Positions 58,801-64,000 of a DNA stretch of 64,000 bases are shown here, one piece after another (the first letter of the stretch is position 1; the number at the start of each line of letters is the position of its first letter). The DNA is from a virus, in IMG/VR virus record IMGVR_UViG_3300032770_000015, positions 1-64,000 of that record, one strand, 5' to 3'. A program made the position numbers and the translations under genes. The notes under the pieces were generated by a model. It did no database searches. It was given only the letters and a program-made list of their open reading frames with translations, and was not told the DNA's origin.

Positions 58801-58864
58801 CCGAGGGGCGGGCGCCGATCCGTCGGCGCCCGTTAAGGCGCACCGCCGGTCCCAAGTCCGGCGG
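58800..58864 (+). ncRNA. twister ribozyme #5
   Basis: Same architecture; predicted cut 58834/58835. Confidence 0.88.
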
Positions 58865-58890
58865 AACCCACTGGAGAAAGGCTGGGCGAG

Positions 58891-59232
58891 ATGTCCGACG
58901 TGCAGATCACGAAGGTTCACGCCGTCGAGTGGCACCGCAACGGCGTCGGCGGGCTCGGGTTCCACGTCGTCCTGTTTGACGAGGCTACGGAGGGGCGGAT
59001 GATGGCCGTGGACTTCGGCCCCGAGGCCGACGCGGCGACGGATTCCTTCGGGGTCATCGCGGTCTTCCAGCTCGACAAGCTAGCGGCCGGTGACGTGGCC
59101 TTCGGGTCGAACTCGTGGCGCGGCGACCACTACACCGGGCCAGTCCGGGCGGTCATCACGGCGGCCGAGGCGCGGGGCGAGACCGGGAAGCTCGGGCCGT
59201 TCTCGCTGCCGCCGCAGCTTCGCCGGAAGTAG
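58891..59232 (+). CDS. early hypothetical protein
   Basis: WHRNGVGG.GF.V ... NSWRGD; flanked by twisters. Confidence 0.7.
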   Translation: MSDVQITKVHAVEWHRNGVGGLGFHVVLFDEATEGRMMAVDFGPEADAATDSFGVIAVFQLDKLAAGDVAFGSNSWRGDHYTGPVRAVITAAEARGETGKLGPFSLPPQLRRK

Positions 59233-59293
59233 CCGAGGGGCGGGCGCCGATGGATCGGCGCCCGTTAAGGCACGGCCCGGTCCCAAGTCCGGC
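59232..59293 (+). ncRNA. twister ribozyme #6
   Basis: Same architecture; predicted cut 59266/59267. Confidence 0.88.
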
Positions 59294-59319
59294 GACCCAT
59301 CTCAAAGGAGGCAGCCGGT

Positions 59320-59634
59320 ATGAGCGCACGCGTCTTCGTCTGGCCCGAGCGGACCTACGAGGAGCTGGGCGCCGAACGCTGGGCCGTGTCCTGGAAGACC
59401 GTGCGGCCCGGCGCCAACGTAAATGAGGAGATCGACTTCGACGTCGACCTCGTGGACCGCGCCGTCGCCTGCCGGACCCACGCGGCGGCGGTTGCCCGCG
59501 CGCGGCGCGCCGCCGCCGAGGACTACTTCGGCGGGGCGGTCGTTCAGCGCCAGGTCGTCGCGTGGGACGTCGAGGAGGACCGCATCGCCGAGTGGGCCCC
59601 CGCTGGTGAACCCGAATATGTGGAGGACCGATGA
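59320..59634 (+). CDS. early hypothetical protein
   Basis: AAAGGAGG RBS. Confidence 0.7.
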   Translation: MSARVFVWPERTYEELGAERWAVSWKTVRPGANVNEEIDFDVDLVDRAVACRTHAAAVARARRAAAEDYFGGAVVQRQVVAWDVEEDRIAEWAPAGEPEYVEDR

Positions 59635-59990
59635 GACCGCGCACGTCGATCATCGTCGCCCTTCGGCCCGGCCGAACCCAGGCCGCGGCCGACCGCCGCG
59701 AGCGGATGGAGACCATCATCCTGGCCGAGGCCCGCGCCCGGGGCGTCCGGTATGACGGGTCGGGGAACTACGTCACGGGGCCGCGGCGCGGGACGCGCGA
59801 GCTTTTCTTCGTGACGCGCCGGCGCGACCTGACCGTCGCCGCCGTCCGCGACCTGAAGGCCGACGTCCGCGAGGCGGAGCACTTCGCCTACCGGACGTAC
59901 TTCATCACCCGGGACTATGGGACCGGCGCCTGGCTCGTGAACCGCGGCGGCCGGACCGTCGCCGCCGCCGCCCGGGCGCTGGTCCGTTAG
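59631..59990 (+). CDS. early hypothetical protein
   Basis: ATGA overlap; C-terminal part resembles 62682-62957 (RDLK.D.R...HF.YR..). Confidence 0.65.
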   Translation: MRPRTSIIVALRPGRTQAAADRRERMETIILAEARARGVRYDGSGNYVTGPRRGTRELFFVTRRRDLTVAAVRDLKADVREAEHFAYRTYFITRDYGTGAWLVNRGGRTVAAAARALVR

Positions 59991-60113
59991 CCGAGGGGCG
60001 GGTGCCCGTCCGCGATGCGCCGCTGGGTCGAGCCGGGTTCCGACCGGCGCCAGCACGCGGTCTCGCACGACGTGGTACCCGTTAAGGCGCACCGCCGGTC
60101 CCAAGCCCGGCGG
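59990..60113 (+). ncRNA. twister ribozyme #7 with extended P1
   Basis: Same core with a long insertion in P1; predicted cut 60083/60084. Confidence 0.82.
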
Positions 60114-60140
60114 AACCCCACTAGAGAAAGGCTGGGCGAG

Positions 60141-60500
60141 ATGGATGAGCGGCAGGCATCGCGTGAGGCAGCCGAGGACGTGCGGTACGAGCGCTGGGAG
60201 GCGCTATTGTTCAAGCACGTGCCCGGCCTGACGCGCGGGAAGAATCCGGCGTGGCGGTCCGACTTGATGATGGAGGCCGATGGCGGCCCGATCTTCATGA
60301 AGTTCATGTCGGACGGTGGCGTGGATGACACGCCGAACGGTCTGGCGCTGCGGGCCTGGCTCCGGGCGCGGAAGATTCCGTTCCGGCAGTATGGGCTGAA
60401 GGAGGACCCCGGCCAGGTGCGGGTCTTCACGCTGTCGCGGCGGGCGTTCGCCCGGGTCGAGGCCATTCTGCGCGGGCTCGAGCGCCGCGCGGCGCGGTAA
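60141..60500 (+). CDS. early hypothetical protein
   Basis: Start revised to ATG at 60141; leader GAGAAAGGCTGGGCGAG identical to that before 58891. Confidence 0.65.
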   Translation: MDERQASREAAEDVRYERWEALLFKHVPGLTRGKNPAWRSDLMMEADGGPIFMKFMSDGGVDDTPNGLALRAWLRARKIPFRQYGLKEDPGQVRVFTLSRRAFARVEAILRGLERRAAR

Positions 60501-60532
60501 GCCGAGGGCTGCTGGTGCTAAAGGTCGCAAGG

Positions 60533-60597
60533 GCCGAGGGACGGGCGCCCCGATCCGGGCGCCCGTTAAGGCGCGCCGCCGGTCCCAAGTCCGGCGG
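60533..60597 (+). ncRNA. twister ribozyme #8
   Basis: Same architecture; predicted cut 60567/60568. Confidence 0.88.
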
Positions 60598-60618
60598 AAC
60601 CCCGAACGAAAGGACCGT

Positions 60619-60951
60619 ATGATCACGACGAAGCGGCTGATCTTCCACCTCGACGCGGCCATCGCGCGGCACGTCCGCGACTGGCAGCGCCTGACCGAGC
60701 ACGGCACGATTGCCGTCGACTCGGACGTGATAGCGCTGTACGCGCAGGACATGGCCGCGCTAATGCGGGCGCGGTCGGCGTTCTGCCACGCCAGGTTGGT
60801 CGAGGAGCACAGCACGTGGGACACGGCGACCGTCGCCCGGCTGCTGCGCCGGGGCGCGCGCATCTTGCGCGACCGCGACACGGCGGTCACCGACCACTTT
60901 CCCCGCCCGCTCGTCCTGGCGGTCGGGTCGCTGGTCGGCGACGGCGCGTGA
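60619..60951 (+). CDS. early hypothetical protein
   Basis: GAAAGGA RBS. Confidence 0.65.
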   Translation: MITTKRLIFHLDAAIARHVRDWQRLTEHGTIAVDSDVIALYAQDMAALMRARSAFCHARLVEEHSTWDTATVARLLRRGARILRDRDTAVTDHFPRPLVLAVGSLVGDGA

Positions 60952-61196
60952 TCAACACGCAGCGCGCCCGCGCCGCGCTTAACCGGCTCATCGCGGCGGC
61001 CGACGACACGGCCGTTGACCAGGCGTTCCTCGACCGCTTCCTGCGCCGTGCACCGACGTATGCGAATGCGTGCGAGGCCTGCGGGAAGCAGGTCGCCACC
61101 ACCACCATCCTGGGCCACGGGTACTGCGCCCACTGCGGGAACGTCGCGCTCGAGGTCATCGAGGCCCGGCGCGCCCGCCGAAAGGAGACCGCGTGA
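60948..61196 (+). CDS. small zinc-finger protein
   Basis: CEACG ... CAHCG; GTGA overlaps. Confidence 0.6.
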   Translation: MINTQRARAALNRLIAAADDTAVDQAFLDRFLRRAPTYANACEACGKQVATTTILGHGYCAHCGNVALEVIEARRARRKETA

Positions 61197-61618
61197 AGAA
61201 GGTCCGCCACCGGACGACCCGCGCCACGCTGCTGGTCGTTGACCGCCTGAACCTGACCGACCTGCCCGGAAAGGATCTCGCCGGGGCCGACCTCGCCGAG
61301 GAGGACCTGGGCGCGACGAACCTGCGCGCCGCCAGCCTGCGCGGCGCCGACCTCCACGGGGCGTGGCTGCGCCGGACGAACCTGAACGACGCCGACCTCC
61401 ACGCGGCCGACCTGCGCGGCGTGGACGCGCAGGGCGCGGACCTGCAGCGCGCGAACCTCTCGAACGCCGACCTCACCGGGGCTGACCTGCAGGGCGCCGA
61501 CCTGCGCGGGGCAAACTTCGCCGGGGCGTGCTTGACCGACGCCGACCTGCGCGGCGCGAACCTGCGCGGCGTCGCCGTGACGGTCGGCAACCGCACCATC
61601 CTGACGTCCAACGCCTAA
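61193..61618 (+). CDS. pentapeptide repeat protein
   Basis: Tandem A(D/N)LxG repeats; start revised to GTG at 61193 after AAAGGAG. Confidence 0.9.
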   Translation: MKKVRHRTTRATLLVVDRLNLTDLPGKDLAGADLAEEDLGATNLRAASLRGADLHGAWLRRTNLNDADLHAADLRGVDAQGADLQRANLSNADLTGADLQGADLRGANFAGACLTDADLRGANLRGVAVTVGNRTILTSNA

Positions 61619-61680
61619 CGCAGAGGAGGGCCGGGACCGATCCCCGGCCCTAATGCGGCGGCCCGGTTCCAAGCCCGGGC
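61619..61680 (+). ncRNA. twister ribozyme #9 (divergent, covarying)
   Basis: CGCA-GAGGA-P1-TAA-TGCG-GC..CCGGTTCCAAGCCCGG; predicted cut 61651/61652. Confidence 0.85.
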
Positions 61681-61710
61681 GACGTTCACCCCCGAAACGA
61701 GGGAGCGCTG

Positions 61711-62106
61711 ATGAAGCAGACCCACGTGATGAACCGCGCGACGGCGGCCGAGCTGGGCGATGCCCTGCTCGCGGCGGCGGGCGACATCGCGACCCGGTAC
61801 GGCCTCGAGGTCGAGGCGGCGGCCGGGTCGTTCAGCACGACGGAGTTCAAGGGCTCCGTCCGGTTCAAGCTGCCCGCGACGAACCCCCGCGTGGCCGAGA
61901 AGCTCGCGGCGGACTTCGCCGACCTGCACCTCAACCCGGCCATCGTCGGCTGCCAGATGACGGTGCGCCGCCACACGTACACCGTCACCGGCGTGAAGCC
62001 CTACGCCAAGTACTGCATCGTGACCCGCCGCGATGACGGGAAGACGTTCATGTTCCCGTACGCGACGGCCGAAAAGCACTTCCCGACGATGGTCACCCGG
62101 CCGTGA
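61711..62106 (+). CDS. early hypothetical protein
   Basis: GAGGGAG RBS. Confidence 0.7.
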   Translation: MKQTHVMNRATAAELGDALLAAAGDIATRYGLEVEAAAGSFSTTEFKGSVRFKLPATNPRVAEKLAADFADLHLNPAIVGCQMTVRRHTYTVTGVKPYAKYCIVTRRDDGKTFMFPYATAEKHFPTMVTRP

Positions 62107-62414
62107 CCGACCACACCGGGGAAGTCTACGGCCCGGCGGTCCTGCTCGGGACGCTGCCGGTCGGCGCGCGGTTCCGGTCGGTGATCGTGGACGTGCCGCC
62201 GCGCGGGTTCCGCCCGCTGCCCGACCGGATCAAGTACGGCACGCTCGAGGATCTGTCGTCCGCCTGCGCCACGGTCACCGTCGAACGGGTCGTGTCGCGG
62301 ACGTTCACGACCGAGGAAGGGAAGGACGTGACCCTGGCCACGGCGTCCGAGCGGACGACGTGGAGCCTCGGCACCGTGGTCGAACCCCTGCTCACGCCGG
62401 AGGTGCTCGTGTGA
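62103..62414 (+). CDS. early hypothetical protein
   Basis: GTGA overlap. Confidence 0.6.
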   Translation: MTDHTGEVYGPAVLLGTLPVGARFRSVIVDVPPRGFRPLPDRIKYGTLEDLSSACATVTVERVVSRTFTTEEGKDVTLATASERTTWSLGTVVEPLLTPEVLV

Positions 62415-62681
62415 AGACGCTCCTCGCCGTCCTGGCGGCGCTCGCCGCCCTGAAGTACCTGACCGACCCGTCGCGCGACCCGCTGGGCGAGCTGCGCCGC
62501 CGGGGCGCCCTGTGAACTACCGCGCGTACTTTCGCGGGCGGTCCGTCGTCGGGACCGCGCCGAACGTAGAGACCGCGCAGCGCGAGGCCGCCAAGCTGCT
62601 GGGCGCCCGGAAGTACTGGGAGGTCCAGATCGAGCAGGTGGCCGCCAACGTCAACCCGCCGGAACCGAAGGAACCTGCACC

Positions 62682-62957
62682 GTGACCCCGACCAGTCGCA
62701 TACGGAAGATGCGCCCCCTCGAGGGCGACCCCAGCCGGACGGACCGCGCCCGGCGCAACGACCTGACGCGCGCGGCGATCCGCGACCTGAAGGTGGACCT
62801 GCGGGTGCCGACGCACTTCTCGTACCGCGGATTCTACGTCACGCGGTCGTTCTCGACCGCGACCTGGTACATCAGCCGCGACGGGACGCCGATCACCACG
62901 GCGCCGTCGGCCGCCGAGGCGCGCCGGGTCATCGACACGCTGGCGCGGGAGGCCTGA
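62682..62957 (+). CDS. early hypothetical protein
   Basis: Coupled ORF; partial paralog of 59631-59990. Confidence 0.6.
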   Translation: MTPTSRIRKMRPLEGDPSRTDRARRNDLTRAAIRDLKVDLRVPTHFSYRGFYVTRSFSTATWYISRDGTPITTAPSAAEARRVIDTLAREA

Positions 62958-63190
62958 TGGCCTTCACCCGGCGCAGCTTCGAATCGGCCCGGGCGTCCGG
63001 GCTCGGAAAGGCGCAGACGCTCGCCCGCGCCGAGGCCGCGACCCGGACGGTCGCCGCCCTGGAGGGCTGGCCCGTCGCCCGGCTGGCGCTGAAGTTGGCC
63101 GCGTACCGGCAGATGGCAGACCTCGCCTGGGCCGACTGTCCCGTCTGCGGGCAGCCCTGGACCCAGGGTCACGATCCCGAAACCTGTTGA
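62957..63190 (+). CDS. early hypothetical protein
   Basis: TGATG overlap; CPVCG. Confidence 0.55.
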   Translation: MAFTRRSFESARASGLGKAQTLARAEAATRTVAALEGWPVARLALKLAAYRQMADLAWADCPVCGQPWTQGHDPETC

Positions 63191-63204
63191 AGAAAGGATG
63201 ACCT

Positions 63205-63582
63205 GTGAAGCGTTTCTTTGATGATCACCCTGTGGGCACGTTGCTGAACGCCGTCGAGGCCGAAGACGGTGAGCCGCAGGAATTCAGCCAGCCCGCGATC
63301 CTCAACCCGAACGGCGCCCCGGCGACGTTCGTGAACGTCTACCGCGTCGAGCGGTGCTATGGCGGCCCCGAGGAGGGCGGCTGGTGGTACGACACCGGGG
63401 AACCGGTCGGCTCGGTCGTCGTCCAGGGCAGCGTCGAGACGCACGTCGTCCGCACCCGGCTCGAGCGCGAGTATCCGTTCACCCGCGCCCGGTACTCCGT
63501 CCTGGGCGGCGAGGACTACAGCGTCCGGGTCGAGGATCACCCGGCCGTCGCGTGGCCCGCGCAGCGCCCCCACTACTGCTGA
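63205..63582 (+). CDS. early hypothetical protein
   Basis: VNVY...R.YGGPEEGGWWY motif; GAAAGGA RBS. Confidence 0.7.
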   Translation: MKRFFDDHPVGTLLNAVEAEDGEPQEFSQPAILNPNGAPATFVNVYRVERCYGGPEEGGWWYDTGEPVGSVVVQGSVETHVVRTRLEREYPFTRARYSVLGGEDYSVRVEDHPAVAWPAQRPHYC

Positions 63583-63591
63583 GGAGGCCGC

Positions 63592-63996
63592 GTGAAGCCG
63601 TCGCAGATCGAACAGCAGATGACCGGGCAGTGGGACACCTGGGTCACGACGACCATCGAGGTCTCGACCGCGACCCTGGAACGGTTCGCCGCCGCGATCC
63701 ACACGGTCATCGGCCGTAACGTGGACGTGCGGTACGCGCTTCGCAACGTGGACGCGATGCTAACCGCCGCCGCCGAGCTCGCCGTCGCCCGGTCGCTCGA
63801 GACCGACCGGCGGAACGGCCAGACGTACCGCGAGCTGCACGCGACCGCCCTGCGCCACGCGCTCCATGGGGCGGCGTTTCCCCGGCAGACGGGGCGGGCG
63901 GCCGACGCCATCAACGAGGGCGCCGAGACGGCCGCCTGGGCGCACGTCGAAGAGGTTCTCCGCAGCATCCTCGCCATCGAAAGGACCACACCGTGA
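63592..63996 (+). CDS. early hypothetical protein
   Basis: GAGGAGG RBS. Confidence 0.65.
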   Translation: MKPSQIEQQMTGQWDTWVTTTIEVSTATLERFAAAIHTVIGRNVDVRYALRNVDAMLTAAAELAVARSLETDRRNGQTYRELHATALRHALHGAAFPRQTGRAADAINEGAETAAWAHVEEVLRSILAIERTTP

Positions 63997-64000
63997 GGTA

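Noticed and set aside
53676-61680. CRISPR array or attC-type integron cassette array interpretation of the intergenic repeats
   Set aside because: Spacers are about 100-1000 nt and contain RBS-led genes; repeats vary with compensatory pairing; no cas or integron integrase gene, and no attC RYYYAAC/GTTRRRY ends
56600-61680. Repeats as rho-independent terminators
   Set aside because: No U-tracts follow the hairpins; the conserved unpaired residues and pseudoknot covariation match twister

Overview
A 64-kb segment of a very GC-rich tailed (siphovirus-like) bacteriophage genome, with two divergent gene arms. The minus-strand arm (1-50110) carries accessory and DNA-metabolism genes: Lar-like proteins, an APH-like kinase, transaldolase, GmhB-like phosphatase, C5 DNA methyltransferase, HNH-type protein, HARP-SNF2 helicase and deoxyribonucleotidase. 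It also carries a tmRNA, lysis genes, a complete morphogenesis module with duplicated tail-tube and Dit-like genes, the large terminase, and a family of small paralogous proteins with a shared N-terminal leader. A ~3.6-kb non-coding control region (50111-53675) holds a dif-like XerCD site and several repeated palindromic motifs. The plus-strand early-type arm (53676-64000) consists of small unknown genes. Its intergenic spaces are filled first by seven copies of an unrecognised two-hairpin RNA-like element, then by nine circularly permuted (P5-type) twister ribozymes showing compensatory changes. The ribozyme-punctuated operon and the unknown element occupying equivalent positions are the most striking signals. 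No DNA polymerase, primase or integrase is visible in the window. All family calls come from motif recognition by eye; no database searches were run.
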